From positions 64,001 through 128,000 of the forward strand of contig OY729416.1 in the NCBI GenBank assembly GCA_963422265.1: DNA of 64,000 nt, given 5' to 3'. This DNA is from Thermodesulfobacteriota bacterium (lineage in GTDB: Bacteria > Desulfobacterota_D > UBA1144 > Nemesobacterales > UBA2774). This document shows positions 33,441-43,889 of the stretch, piece after piece. Position 1 is the first letter of the stretch. Each line of letters starts with the position of its first letter. The notes under the pieces were generated by a model. That model worked only from the letters and a program-made list of their open reading frames with translations, had not been told where the DNA came from and searched no databases. Position numbers and translations under genes: made by a program.

Positions 33441-34574
33441 TTGCGAATGATGAGACTAGTTTTAATCCTATTGACCTTCATTTCTCTCGCAACTTCTAGT
33501 TTCGCTGACAGCGAAGTTTACGAGGGACTTGACAAATTCACTAAGGCTCTTGATCTAATAGAGAGAACTTACATCAAAGAGGTTGCGCCAAAAGAGCTTA
33601 CGGATAGCGCCATTCAGGGTATGATGCAGGCGCTTGATCCAAATTCGGATTATTTGACGCCTGAGCATTATAAAGAGATTAAAACGGGAACATCGGGCAA
33701 ATTCAGTGGCGTAGGCATGGAAGTCACAGTAGAGGACAGCGTGCTCACTATAATTGCCCCGATGGAAGGGACGCCTGCGGAGAAGGCTGGCATAAAACCC
33801 AGAGACCAAATTATCAAAATAGGAAGCGAATCTACGAAAGATATGGCTATTTTTGACGCCGTTAAGCTCCTTAGGGGAAAAAGGGGAAGCATCGTTCAAA
33901 TTACTATCAGGAGGGCTGGAGAGAAAAAGCCTTTAGATATAACCCTCGTTAGAGACACCATAATAGTAAAGAGCGTCAAGGCAAAGCTCCTTGAAAGCGG
34001 GATCGGCTACGTAAAGCTTTCTCAGTTTCAAAAAGACACCTCGCGGGAGTTAAAAGAGGCGCTAACCGAACTACAATCTCAAAGTGATAGTGATTTGGAA
34101 CGCATTATTCTTGATCTGAGAAACAATCCTGGAGGACTGCTTGACGAAGCGGTTAAAGTTGCGGACGAGTTTATGGATACCGGGCTAATTGTCAGCGTCA
34201 AGGGCAGGGACGAGAAACAGACAAAGAACTTTTATGCTAAAAAAGACGGCGGCTTTCAAGAGCAATCCATAGCTGTAATTGTGAATGGTGGGAGCGCTAG
34301 CGCGTCCGAAGTCGTCGCAGGGGCGCTTCAGGATAGCAAAAGGGCTACTATAGTTGGAACCAATACGTTTGGGAAAGGCTCGGTTCAAACTTTAAGAGAA
34401 CTCCACGACGGTTCGGCTCTTAAAATTACAACGGCAATGTTCTACTCACCAAATGGCAAATCAATAAACGAGGTCGGCGTAGCTCCGAACGTAGTTATAG
34501 AAAGAGACGAAGAAAGGGACTTGCAACTCCAGACAGCGATTGAAGTACTCATAGGGGATTCAGAAAAGACGTGA
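33441..34574 (+). CDS. ctpA: Carboxyl-terminal processing protease (S41)
   Basis: PDZ domain, LDLRNNPGG, SASASE, TFGKGSVQ. Confidence 0.95.
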   Translation: MRMMRLVLILLTFISLATSSFADSEVYEGLDKFTKALDLIERTYIKEVAPKELTDSAIQGMMQALDPNSDYLTPEHYKEIKTGTSGKFSGVGMEVTVEDSVLTIIAPMEGTPAEKAGIKPRDQIIKIGSESTKDMAIFDAVKLLRGKRGSIVQITIRRAGEKKPLDITLVRDTIIVKSVKAKLLESGIGYVKLSQFQKDTSRELKEALTELQSQSDSDLERIILDLRNNPGGLLDEAVKVADEFMDTGLIVSVKGRDEKQTKNFYAKKDGGFQEQSIAVIVNGGSASASEVVAGALQDSKRATIVGTNTFGKGSVQTLRELHDGSALKITTAMFYSPNGKSINEVGVAPNVVIERDEERDLQLQTAIEVLIGDSEKT

Positions 34575-34625
34575 ATAGCGCCCGCAGGAGCAAGTAATAG
34601 CTAGTCTGGGACATTATAAAGACTA

Positions 34626-35936
34626 ATGGGGGAAATCTGTTTTTTGCCAACGAGAAAGAAGCCGGGAGATAAAAAACCCAAAAAATCAAGAAAACGGAGA
34701 ACGAGGCGTAAAGACAAAGCCATCTATAAGCCTTTTGCCATCATAGTCGTTTTTATCGCTCTTCTTTCTTTAGCTCTCATCGGCCTTTATTACGTGAAGC
34801 AAGAGATGAGTCACCCCTCATCACCCTCTATTACCTCAGAAGTAGGCAAAGCAATAGTGGCTGAAATAGACAAGGCTCTGGCGAACGGCTTTTTTCACAT
34901 CGGGCTATCCTCAAAGGACGTTGTAGCTAGAAGGGTCTCTGAGCATCGGAGAACGTCCGACGGGGCTACGTGGAAGTTTGAGGATATTGAGATTGATGTT
35001 CCATCCGATATAGCACAAGATAGGGTAAAAACGGCTCTTGATAAGCTGTCAGACGATGTATCTTACTACCTATCTGCATATAGAGGGGGAAACACCCTTG
35101 TTTTTAATCAGAAGCTAGAGCAATTAGAGGGAATGCTCGTCTCTTCATTATTAGTAAGTGGGATGATTACCCATAAAATTCGGTTTCGTTTTCCTCTGAC
35201 AGAGAAAAAAACAGAAGCAGACAAACCTCAACGGGTGGATAAGGCATTAAAAGCCCCCTTAGGTAAGCCGAAAGTAATAATAATTGTTGATGACGTCGGA
35301 TTAGACAAATCCCCAATTGACCACCTTCTAGAGATTCAGGCTCCTCTCAGTTTCGCAATTCTTCCAAACCACCCCTATTCGTCCTACGCAGCTGAGAAAG
35401 CCAAGAGCAAGGGGTGGGACGTAATGCTCCACTTGCCTATGGAACCCAAAGAATCTTCGGGCTATACCGGGCAGGACGCCGGTGAGAACGCCCTTCTCGT
35501 AGGCTTACCCAAGAAAGAGATACTTGCTAGGCTTGATAAGAGTTTATCCTCCTTGCCTTATCTACAAGGAGTTAATAACCACATGGGCTCTAAATTCACG
35601 GAGAACGACGAGCTTATGGGGATTGTGCTTGAAAGGATAAAGGAGCTTGGGCTTTACTTTGTTGACAGCAAGACCAGCAGCGAAAGCGTAGGTTATAAAA
35701 CAGCATCCAAGCTGGGTATTAGGTCTCTTGAGAGAGACGTTTTTCTGGATGAGCAGACAAAAGGCGCTTCCTACGTGAAATCTCAGATAAAAAAATTGGT
35801 AAACATATCTAAGGTGCACGGCTATGCGGTTGGCATATGCCATCCTTATCCTGAAACCGTAAAAGCGCTTGTGGAAATGATTCCATCTATACAGGACGAG
35901 GTAGAACTAGCATCGGCGTCTAAAGTCCTGGATTGA
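34626..35936 (+). CDS. Divergent polysaccharide deacetylase (YibQ-like)
   Basis: IIVDDVG, HLPMEP, NNHMGS, FVDSKT, RDVFLD, IGICHP-type motif; follows ctpA. Confidence 0.92.
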   Translation: MGEICFLPTRKKPGDKKPKKSRKRRTRRKDKAIYKPFAIIVVFIALLSLALIGLYYVKQEMSHPSSPSITSEVGKAIVAEIDKALANGFFHIGLSSKDVVARRVSEHRRTSDGATWKFEDIEIDVPSDIAQDRVKTALDKLSDDVSYYLSAYRGGNTLVFNQKLEQLEGMLVSSLLVSGMITHKIRFRFPLTEKKTEADKPQRVDKALKAPLGKPKVIIIVDDVGLDKSPIDHLLEIQAPLSFAILPNHPYSSYAAEKAKSKGWDVMLHLPMEPKESSGYTGQDAGENALLVGLPKKEILARLDKSLSSLPYLQGVNNHMGSKFTENDELMGIVLERIKELGLYFVDSKTSSESVGYKTASKLGIRSLERDVFLDEQTKGASYVKSQIKKLVNISKVHGYAVGICHPYPETVKALVEMIPSIQDEVELASASKVLD

Positions 35937-36111
35937 TCTCGGGGCTTTGTAAGGTCAGGTGATAGTGGTAATAGTATCGTAAAAGCTACCCACGTTGCCT
36001 GAGGCGCTCATCTATAAAAATATCAACGAGATTCATTGGAGGAGGGGACAGCGTCTAGTTTCACAATCCCTAGTTTTACAGTAGTTGGCTTAAGTGATAT
36101 AGTTTTTGCCC

Positions 36112-36474
36112 ATGACTGAGGAAAAACTCAGGATATTTAGAGAAATACTAATAAGGAAAATGGCGGGGCTACTAGGGATCGCCGAAGATACTGTTGCCCT
36201 AATGAGCGAAGGGGACGGAACGTTCCCCGACCCGATTGACCGCGCAATGTCGGAATCTAACCGCACGTTGGAGCTTAGAAAGCGAGACAGGGAAAGAAAA
36301 TTTATACTCAAAATACAAAGAGCTATCAGAAAAACCGAAGATGGTAGCTACGGAATATGTGAAGCTTGTGGTGATGAAATAACCGAGAATAGGTTAAAGG
36401 CAAGACCTGAAACTACACACTGCATTAGCTGTAAGCAGGAGCAAGAGGAAGTTGAGAAACGGCTCGGCGCGTAG
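36112..36474 (+). CDS. dksA: RNA polymerase-binding protein DksA
   Basis: DPIDRA coiled-coil tip, YGICEACG, RLKARP, CISC. Confidence 0.93.
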   Translation: MTEEKLRIFREILIRKMAGLLGIAEDTVALMSEGDGTFPDPIDRAMSESNRTLELRKRDRERKFILKIQRAIRKTEDGSYGICEACGDEITENRLKARPETTHCISCKQEQEEVEKRLGA

Positions 36475-36559
36475 AATCCTTCCCCACCCACTGTGCGGAG
36501 AGGGTGACTCCTGCAACGTCCTAAGATAAAGGTAAGAGTTAATCAATATGTCTCCATAT

Positions 36560-36975
36560 GTTATTCCTGTGAAAGCAGGAATCTAGTAGGAGGTGGGGAG
36601 GTAAGGCAGGAATTCTTGTTTCCCGACGCTCTATCAAATCCCCCTGTATCCCCCTTTTTAAAGGGGGATTGTTTAGGGAATGGTAATCGTTCCCCTTCCC
36701 CCTGGTTGGTGAGCCTTCCGAAGCATTCCTGGATTCCCAGGCAAGCTGGGAATGACAAAAATGCCCTCTCCGGGGGGGGAGTCTGAACTGTGATTTGTAG
36801 GATGGAATGAGGTGCTATGATTAAAAGAACAAATTCCTCTTAGTTCCTCTTTGTCTAAAGGGGAGATAAGTAGGGGCGACCCTAGCGATGTCCTGAGCCT
36901 GCCGAAGGGAACTTGTTAAATGATAGTCGCTCAAAGAGGTGAGGGTAATGGGTAACCACGAGTGTTACCCCTACA
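36560..36975. repeat. Large REP-like mosaic cluster
   Basis: ATTCCTGTGAAAGCAGGAAT, AAATCCCCC..CCCCCTTTTTAAAGGGGG, ATTCCC-N9-GGGAATGAC and a filled GTAG-type REP pair ending in CCCCTAC. Confidence 0.85.
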
Positions 36976-37095
36976 AAATGGGTGGCAAGGATAACTCTTG
37001 CAAATCCTTGAAATCCTCTCTCTAACCGCTTATCATAATTCACTCTAAATTTATCTTAAGGCATGTCCCCGAATTAATTGGGGAAAGGGGAATAT

Positions 37096-37629
37096 ATGAC
37101 AAGAGTCAACAATACTTTTGGTGTTCTTCTGTTCGGTTTATTACTAGTATCTTTGCTTTCCTGCACTGGGATGAGTACTTCTACTAATGTTTCAGATATG
37201 CCTAGGGACAGGATGTCTATAAAACCTTCGCCTTCTGAGGTCATAGAAAAATTTTTAGACGCTCTGAAAGTAGGCAATTATAATAAGGCGTATAATTACG
37301 TATATGCCCCCTATACGGATAGGAGCGGTTACGTGAACCAGATGAAAAATATGGTGGAGGACAACGCTCTTTCTATTTTGAGCTATCGCCTTCTCGCTAC
37401 GCAAATATACGACCGCACAGCGACAGTCGTGGTAGAACTTAGGACTAAGTCCAAAACGCCTAATACGGCCAAAACACCTAATACGGCCAAAACACCTAAT
37501 ACGGATAGTATTATAGAATCAACTCATAGCAGCGTTTATGATATTGGTCTTTTTGAAGGCAGGTGGCTTGTAACGGGGGATAAGTGCCTAGAAAATTGTA
37601 TTGAGAGCGAACCGATCGTAGTAGAGTGA
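37096..37629 (+). CDS. Hypothetical lipoprotein (NTF2/DUF4878-like) with an (AKTPNT)x3 repeat
   Basis: Lipobox LLSC, PSEVIEKFLDALKVGNYNKAY helix, 18-bp triplication at 37451-37504. Confidence 0.7.
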   Translation: MTRVNNTFGVLLFGLLLVSLLSCTGMSTSTNVSDMPRDRMSIKPSPSEVIEKFLDALKVGNYNKAYNYVYAPYTDRSGYVNQMKNMVEDNALSILSYRLLATQIYDRTATVVVELRTKSKTPNTAKTPNTAKTPNTDSIIESTHSSVYDIGLFEGRWLVTGDKCLENCIESEPIVVE

Positions 37630-37633
37630 GTAA

Positions 37634-38434
37634 ATGATAAAAGTATCCGTTGTAGGGGCGGCTGGCAGAATGGGGCGTAGGATCCTTTACCTGCTAAATC
37701 AGGATCAAGAGGTTAGTGTCGTAGGTGCTTGCGAGGCTGCTGGAAGTTCTGCACTAGATAGTGACGCAGGGGTCTTGTCAGGCGTTGGGGAAATCGGGGT
37801 TAAGGTTTCATCTCATATTGAAGAATCCTCTTCGGACGCCGATGTTATAGTTGATTTTACTATCCCCTCAGCTACTTTGGACAACGCCGCTTACGCTTCC
37901 CAAAACGGCAAGTCCATGGTGATAGGGACAACCGGTTTCACTAAGGAAGAGAATAAGAGGTTCAAAGCCATAACGGGCAATATTCCTTGCGTAATCGCTC
38001 CCAATATGAGCGTTGGGATGAACGTAACTTTTGAAATAACAAAGCAGCTTGCTCAGGTTCTGGGGGATGATTTTGATATAGAAATAATAGAGGTACATCA
38101 TCGACACAAGGTAGATGCTCCTAGCGGCACTGCACTAAAGTTGGGGCGTTCTGCAGCGGAAGGCTCAGGAAGGAACTTTGATAAGGTAGCGAAATTTGCC
38201 AGACGTGGGGCAATTGGGGAGAGAAAAGAGGATGAGATTGGTATTCAGACTATAAGGGGCGGCGATATAGTGGGAGAGCATACAGTAATGTTCATAGGCA
38301 ATGGCGAGAGAATAGAGCTGACGCACAGGGCGACGAATCGCGACAATTTCGCAAAGGGGGTTGTCCGAGCCGTGAAGTGGATAGATGGCAAACCACCCGG
38401 TCTCTACACTATGAGAGACGTCCTATTCCCTTAA
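37634..38434 (+). CDS. dapB: 4-hydroxy-tetrahydrodipicolinate reductase
   Basis: GAAGRMG, IGTTG, EVHHRHKVDAPSGTA. Confidence 0.98.
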   Translation: MIKVSVVGAAGRMGRRILYLLNQDQEVSVVGACEAAGSSALDSDAGVLSGVGEIGVKVSSHIEESSSDADVIVDFTIPSATLDNAAYASQNGKSMVIGTTGFTKEENKRFKAITGNIPCVIAPNMSVGMNVTFEITKQLAQVLGDDFDIEIIEVHHRHKVDAPSGTALKLGRSAAEGSGRNFDKVAKFARRGAIGERKEDEIGIQTIRGGDIVGEHTVMFIGNGERIELTHRATNRDNFAKGVVRAVKWIDGKPPGLYTMRDVLFP

Positions 38435-38519
38435 CTTTAGGGCGAGAGATTGTTGTCATAAGGGTTGGGGAAGGGGAAAAGATGGGAGATTTGTCGGTTG
38501 TGTTTTGCCCTTAGGTGAG

Positions 38520-38692
38520 TTTAGAGGTTAAAAACGATATTTCCCTCCTTTCGTAAAGGAGGGTTAGGGTGGATTTTTTCTTTATCCGTAGGGGCGCGAC
38601 ACTAGCGATGTCCTGAGCCTGTTGAAGGATGGTCGCCCTAGGGCGCAAGGATAATGTGGGTAACCACACATGTCCCCAACCTGATTGGATCA
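38520..38692. repeat. REP-like mosaic element
   Basis: CCCTCCTTTCGTAAAGGAGGG hairpin plus GTAGGGGCG..CGATGTCCTGAGCCTGTTGAAGGATGGTCGCCC. Confidence 0.85.
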
Positions 38693-38701
38693 GGCAATAA
38701 T

Positions 38702-39778
38702 ATGTTTAGATTTGAAATTCTTAAGCAAGACAGCGGATCTAACGCTAGACTAGGCAGAATCCATACCGCTCACGGCACGGTTGACACTCCGGCTTTCATG
38801 CCCGTTGCAACTCAAGCTACAGTAAAAGCTCTCAGCCCTGATGAGATAGAGGATCTTGGTTTCCGTATGCTTATAGTGAATGCTTACCACTTATACCTAC
38901 GACCTGGATACGAGAGGATAAAAGAATTGGGTGGCCTACATAGATTTATGTCATGGAACAACCCAATCGCTGCTGACAGTGGGGGATTTCAAGTTCTTAG
39001 CTTGGCAAAGTCGAGGAAAATTGAGGAGAACGGCGTCCTTTTTCAGTCTCATCTCGACGGGAGCGAGCACTTTCTAACCCCGGCAAAGTGCATAGAAATT
39101 CAGGAAGCTCTAGGCGTTGACGTCATGATGTGTCTGGACGAGTGCCCACCATACCCTTCAACAGAGGACTATATAAGAAACTCTGTCGGATTAACCACTA
39201 AATGGGCTAAGCTGTGTAAGAACGCAAAGAAGGGGGCTAATAGTGCTCTCTTCGGAATAGTGCAGGGCGGGACGTATCCTGAGCTTAGACAAAGGTCTGC
39301 GTATGAGCTTGTAGAAATTGGATTCGACGGGTATTCCATAGGTGGTCTCGGCATAGGAGAGAATCAGGAGAAGACGTATGACGTCACCGAGGGGACGCTT
39401 GCTTTCCTGCCCTACGAAAACCCCCGTTACCTTATGGGAATTGGAAAGCCGGAAGATATAATAGCCGCCGTGTCCATGGGCGTAGATATTTTTGACTGTG
39501 TTATCCCAACAAGAAACGCTAGGAACGGCTCTCTCTTTACAAGCTGCGGAAAACTGGTTATAAAAAACGCTCAATACGCGGACGACAATAATCCTATTGA
39601 TGAACGGTGTGAGTGTTATACTTGCAGAACGTTTTCGAGGGCTTATTTAAGACATCTTTACATTGCAAAAGAAATTTTGGTTCTACGACTTTTAACCCTA
39701 CATAATTTACATTTCTACTGTAAGCTAATGAGTAGCGTTAGGAAAGCCATATATGACAATAACTTCTCAAATCTGTAG
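38702..39778 (+). CDS. tgt: Queuine tRNA-ribosyltransferase
   Basis: TPAFMPV, DSGGFQV, FGIVQGG, PRYLMG, FDCVIPTRNARNG, CECYTC; the ORF-track extension upstream runs through the repeat. Confidence 0.98.
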   Translation: MFRFEILKQDSGSNARLGRIHTAHGTVDTPAFMPVATQATVKALSPDEIEDLGFRMLIVNAYHLYLRPGYERIKELGGLHRFMSWNNPIAADSGGFQVLSLAKSRKIEENGVLFQSHLDGSEHFLTPAKCIEIQEALGVDVMMCLDECPPYPSTEDYIRNSVGLTTKWAKLCKNAKKGANSALFGIVQGGTYPELRQRSAYELVEIGFDGYSIGGLGIGENQEKTYDVTEGTLAFLPYENPRYLMGIGKPEDIIAAVSMGVDIFDCVIPTRNARNGSLFTSCGKLVIKNAQYADDNNPIDERCECYTCRTFSRAYLRHLYIAKEILVLRLLTLHNLHFYCKLMSSVRKAIYDNNFSNL

Positions 39779-39818
39779 AGCAACTTAAAACTTCTCGACC
39801 TGTTGGAGGTATAGTAGA

Positions 39819-40199
39819 TTGCTGAAAAATGTGATTTTCACGCTCGCTTTAGCCTTTATGTTAACGGGCTGCCCCGCCACCGGAGGTGAAGGTGCATCAG
39901 GCAGTTCTCCTTTAGCTTTTCTTCCTTTCATTCTTATTTTCATCCTGTTTTACTTGTTGATTTTAAGACCCCAGCAAAAGCAAAACAAGAAGAGAAATCA
40001 GATGCTGAAGGAGCTTAAGAGGGGAAACGACGTCATTACCACAGGTGGAGTCTATGGCAAAATTTTAAGCATTTCAGAAGATGATGTGATTTCCTTAGAG
40101 GTTAACAAGGGAATTACCATACGCGTGAGCCGTTCAGCCGTTGCAAGTTTACAGAGCCCAGGGAAAGAAGGGGTGGACAAGGATAGGTTTAAAAAATGA
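39819..40199 (+). CDS. yajC: Preprotein translocase subunit YajC
   Basis: FYLLILRPQQK, GNDVITTGGVYG; lies between tgt and secD. Confidence 0.95.
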   Translation: MLKNVIFTLALAFMLTGCPATGGEGASGSSPLAFLPFILIFILFYLLILRPQQKQNKKRNQMLKELKRGNDVITTGGVYGKILSISEDDVISLEVNKGITIRVSRSAVASLQSPGKEGVDKDRFKK

Positions 40200-41791
40200 G
40201 AGCTTCAAGAACCTGGATATTTACTATTTTTGTAGTTGCCTTATTATCTGTGACGCTTTTGCTACCTACGTTTTTGGGTGACGCACTTCCCTCGTGGTGG
40301 GGAAAGGCCTTTCCCGATAGGGGTATTAGACTAGGGCTTGACTTAAGGGGAGGTATTTTCCTTTTACTTGGTGTGAACGCCCAAAAGTCCGTAGAGCAAG
40401 AGCTTGAGAACGATAGGGATTTTATGAAAAACGAGCTAAAGGGTGAGGCGTTAATAAAAGGTTTTGATATTAGCAGCAAGACTTTGACCCTCAAGTTCTT
40501 TTCTCAAAGCGACTTAGACAAAGCGGCTTCCATCGCAAGAGAAAATTTTGGAGAGTTCTCAAGTATATATGAAAAAGACTTGTCCTTAGAAATTACGCTT
40601 AAAGATTCATACCTAGCTGATATAGAAAAGAGAGCTATAGCTCAAGTCCAGCAGGTAATACAAAACCGCGTCTCTGAGCTAGGATTGGTAGAACCGTCTA
40701 TTCAAAGAGCAGGCTCTGATAGGATACTGATTCAGGTTCCTGGGGCTTCAGAGAAGGACAGACAGAGAATTATTGATATTATCAAGAGATCGGCAGTTCT
40801 TGAATTCAAGATAGTTAAAGAGACGGGACCCACAAAAGAGATCGTTCTCGCTCAAGCGGAGGTGACTTCACCCGAAGAGCTTAAGGCTCAGCAACTTGCG
40901 CTTCATACAGGGGACGCCAGCAATGAAAACGAGATGTTTTTTATAACCACTTTAGACGCTCCCGTTACAGGTGAATCGCTTTCGGACGCAAGATTAACTT
41001 TTGACGAATTTGGAAGGCCTGCGGTCGGTTTTAATTTTAAGGGAGAAGGAGCAAGTAAGTTCGGGGTGCTTACGGAAAGCAATGTGGGGCAAAGACTTGC
41101 TATTGTTCTTGATGGAGTAATCAAATCAGCACCCACTATTCAAGAGAGGATTACGTCGCAGGGAAGAATTACGGGAACTTTCACGTCCGAAGAAGCTAGG
41201 GATCTGGCGCTTGTTCTACGCTCCGGTGCCCTTCCAGTGCCTGTAGAAGTAGAGCAAGAAAGAACGGTTGGACCATCTCTGGGAAAAGATTCTATTGAGG
41301 CTGGGAAAATCTCAATGATAGTCGGGGGAGTATTAGTTATCATATTCATGATCTTTTTTTACAGACTGCAGGGGTTGGTCGCAGACGTTGCGCTTAGCCT
41401 TAACGTATTCTTTATTATGGGTTTCCTTTCAGCTTTTGGCGTTACTTTGACCCTTCCGGGCATCGCAGGGCTTGTTCTTACCCTTGGTATGGCGGTTGAC
41501 GGGAATATAATCATATTCGAAAGAATTAAAGAGGAGCTTCTAGTCGGCAAATCTCCTTTGGCTGCCATTGACGCGGGCTATGGCAGGTCTTTGCGGACAG
41601 TGCTTGACGCCAATATAACGACTCTAATAACTGCTTTGATACTCTTTTGGTTTGGAACTGGACCAATTAAAGGTTTTGCCGCCACTCTGTCCATAGGAAT
41701 AATATCTACAGTGTTTAGCAACGTCGTGGTTGCGCGCGTGATAGCAAGTTTAATCTATCGGGAAAAGAAAGTACCGGCACTAAGCATCTGA
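40196..41791 (+). CDS. secD: Protein translocase subunit SecD
   Basis: LGLDLRGG, TVGPSLG, GMAVDGNIIIFERIKEE. Confidence 0.98.
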   Translation: MRASRTWIFTIFVVALLSVTLLLPTFLGDALPSWWGKAFPDRGIRLGLDLRGGIFLLLGVNAQKSVEQELENDRDFMKNELKGEALIKGFDISSKTLTLKFFSQSDLDKAASIARENFGEFSSIYEKDLSLEITLKDSYLADIEKRAIAQVQQVIQNRVSELGLVEPSIQRAGSDRILIQVPGASEKDRQRIIDIIKRSAVLEFKIVKETGPTKEIVLAQAEVTSPEELKAQQLALHTGDASNENEMFFITTLDAPVTGESLSDARLTFDEFGRPAVGFNFKGEGASKFGVLTESNVGQRLAIVLDGVIKSAPTIQERITSQGRITGTFTSEEARDLALVLRSGALPVPVEVEQERTVGPSLGKDSIEAGKISMIVGGVLVIIFMIFFYRLQGLVADVALSLNVFFIMGFLSAFGVTLTLPGIAGLVLTLGMAVDGNIIIFERIKEELLVGKSPLAAIDAGYGRSLRTVLDANITTLITALILFWFGTGPIKGFAATLSIGIISTVFSNVVVARVIASLIYREKKVPALSI

Positions 41792-41825
41792 TAGACATCT
41801 TAGATAGTAGGAGGGACGCGCTAAA

Positions 41826-42743
41826 TTGCAATTAATAAAACCCGGTACCCACATAGATTTTGTGGAAAAGATGGCCAGAACGGTGTTTTTATCCGCTGCC
41901 CTTATTTTTATAGCCATCATCTCGCTAGTCTATCATAAGGGACCCAATTGGGGCATTGAATTCACAGGTGGCACGGAAATTCACATAAAATTAGCTAAAG
42001 ATCTCAGTCCCAATAAAATTCAATCGGTCTTAGACAAAGTAGGCTACGTTCCTGACGCAGTGCAGAGACTTGGACTTGAAAGGGATAATGAATACCTTAT
42101 CAAGTTTTCACCTGACCTCGTGCAATTTGATCAGATCCAAGAATTTCAGAGCGAGCTCGAAGGAATAATTAAAGATAACCCCGATTTTCAGGGCGGGTCT
42201 ATTCTGAGAGTGGACTACATAGGACCCAGAGTCGGGAAAGAATTGATTAGGAAAGCATTATTGTCAATTTTGCTCGGCTGTGTGGGGATACTCATTTACG
42301 TAATGATCCGGTTTGAGGTTGGTTTCGCTATGGGAGCCGTCATTGCGCTTTTGCATGATACTATTATAACGCTAGGCGCGATTTCTATAACGAATAAAGA
42401 GTTTACGCTCGCCATTGTCGCTGCGCTTCTAACCGTAATTGGTTACTCCGTTAACGATACTATAGTCATATTCGACAGAATAAGGGAGAGTATGAAAAAG
42501 AAGGGCAAGCTGGGCTTTAGAGAGGTTGTAAATGAGGGAATCAATCAAACCCTCTCAAGGACAATCTTGACTAGCATTACGGTTTTTCTCGTCCTAATAC
42601 CCCTTTTTATACTAGGTGGATCCGTGATACATGATTTTGCGTTTACTCTCATTGTAGGCGCGATAGTTGGCACGTATTCTTCGATTTTCATAGCAAGCGC
42701 TTTCGTTGTTTACTGGAAAACTAGAAAAGACTCGGCAACATGA
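41826..42743 (+). CDS. secF: Protein translocase subunit SecF
   Basis: GIEFTGG, IGYSVNDTIVIFDRIRE, GTYSSIFIA. Confidence 0.98.
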   Translation: MQLIKPGTHIDFVEKMARTVFLSAALIFIAIISLVYHKGPNWGIEFTGGTEIHIKLAKDLSPNKIQSVLDKVGYVPDAVQRLGLERDNEYLIKFSPDLVQFDQIQEFQSELEGIIKDNPDFQGGSILRVDYIGPRVGKELIRKALLSILLGCVGILIYVMIRFEVGFAMGAVIALLHDTIITLGAISITNKEFTLAIVAALLTVIGYSVNDTIVIFDRIRESMKKKGKLGFREVVNEGINQTLSRTILTSITVFLVLIPLFILGGSVIHDFAFTLIVGAIVGTYSSIFIASAFVVYWKTRKDSAT

Positions 42744-42846
42744 GTTTCTCTTGTATTCTTTAGGCTCCCAGACCTTAAGCTACGGACTATACATGACGTT
42801 ATCCTTGTTCGTTATTAAAATAGTGTCTATTACTAGGACTTAGTCT

Positions 42847-43866
42847 ATGAAAGAAAAGCTCGAAAGGCTTAGGGCTCAGGCGATAGATGGGCTTAGCAAA
42901 ATTAGCGATGAAGTTTCACTTCAACAACTCAAGGCGCAATACTTGGGTAGAAAGGGCACCCTCACTGAAGTGGTAAAAGGCATAAAGGACGTTTCTAAAG
43001 AAGAACGTCCTGAAATGGGCAAGTTAATAAACGAACTTAAATCGCACCTTGAAAATTTATTTGATAGAAAGCAGGAGGATTTGGAAGAGGAAAAAGAAAG
43101 GCGTTCGATACAAGAGGAAAATATCGACGTGACGCTACCCGGCAGGAGCCTCCCACTTGGCGCCAAGCACCCAATCACTCAAGTGATAGAAGAGATAGTT
43201 GACATATTCGAGAGGATGGGATTCAAGGTCGCCGAGGGTCCTGAAGTTGAGATGGACTACTATAATTTTGAAGCCTTAAATATACCCAAAAATCACCCTG
43301 CAAGGGATATGCAGGATACCTTTTATATCTCAGATGAGGTTGTTCTGAGAACCCACACTTCCCCCGTGCAGATTAGAGTGATGGAAAAACAAGCCCCTCC
43401 CGTCAAGATCATAGCGCCGGGCAGGGTTTACCGCTGTGACAGTGACGTGTCTCACACTCCCATGTTCCACCAAATTGAGGGGCTTTTAGTAGATGAGCAT
43501 ATAAACTTTGGTGACTTAAAAGGGGTTCTCACAGAGTTTGTAAGGCTGGTATTCAGCAAAAATATAGGCGTTAGATTCAGACCTAGCTTCTTTCCCTTTA
43601 CAGAGCCCAGCGCCGAGGTGGATATACAATGTGTTATTTGCTTGGGCAAGGGGTGCAGAGTTTGCAAGGAATCCGGATGGCTTGAAATACTGGGTTGTGG
43701 AATGGTTGATCCCGAGGTGTTTAAGGGCGTGGGTTACGATCCTGAGAAATACAGCGGTTTTGCGTTTGGTATGGGGATTGAAAGAATCACAATGCTCAAA
43801 TTTGGTATAAATGATATAAGGCTATTCTTTGAGAATGACATAAGATTTTTGAAGCAGTTTACTTGA
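42847..43866 (+). CDS. pheS: Phenylalanine--tRNA ligase alpha subunit
   Basis: HPARDMQDTF, LRTHTSPVQ, FPFTEPSAE, GFAFGMGIER. Confidence 0.98.
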   Translation: MKEKLERLRAQAIDGLSKISDEVSLQQLKAQYLGRKGTLTEVVKGIKDVSKEERPEMGKLINELKSHLENLFDRKQEDLEEEKERRSIQEENIDVTLPGRSLPLGAKHPITQVIEEIVDIFERMGFKVAEGPEVEMDYYNFEALNIPKNHPARDMQDTFYISDEVVLRTHTSPVQIRVMEKQAPPVKIIAPGRVYRCDSDVSHTPMFHQIEGLLVDEHINFGDLKGVLTEFVRLVFSKNIGVRFRPSFFPFTEPSAEVDIQCVICLGKGCRVCKESGWLEILGCGMVDPEVFKGVGYDPEKYSGFAFGMGIERITMLKFGINDIRLFFENDIRFLKQFT

Positions 43867-43889
43867 CTCTTCTTTCTATATACTTTTGA

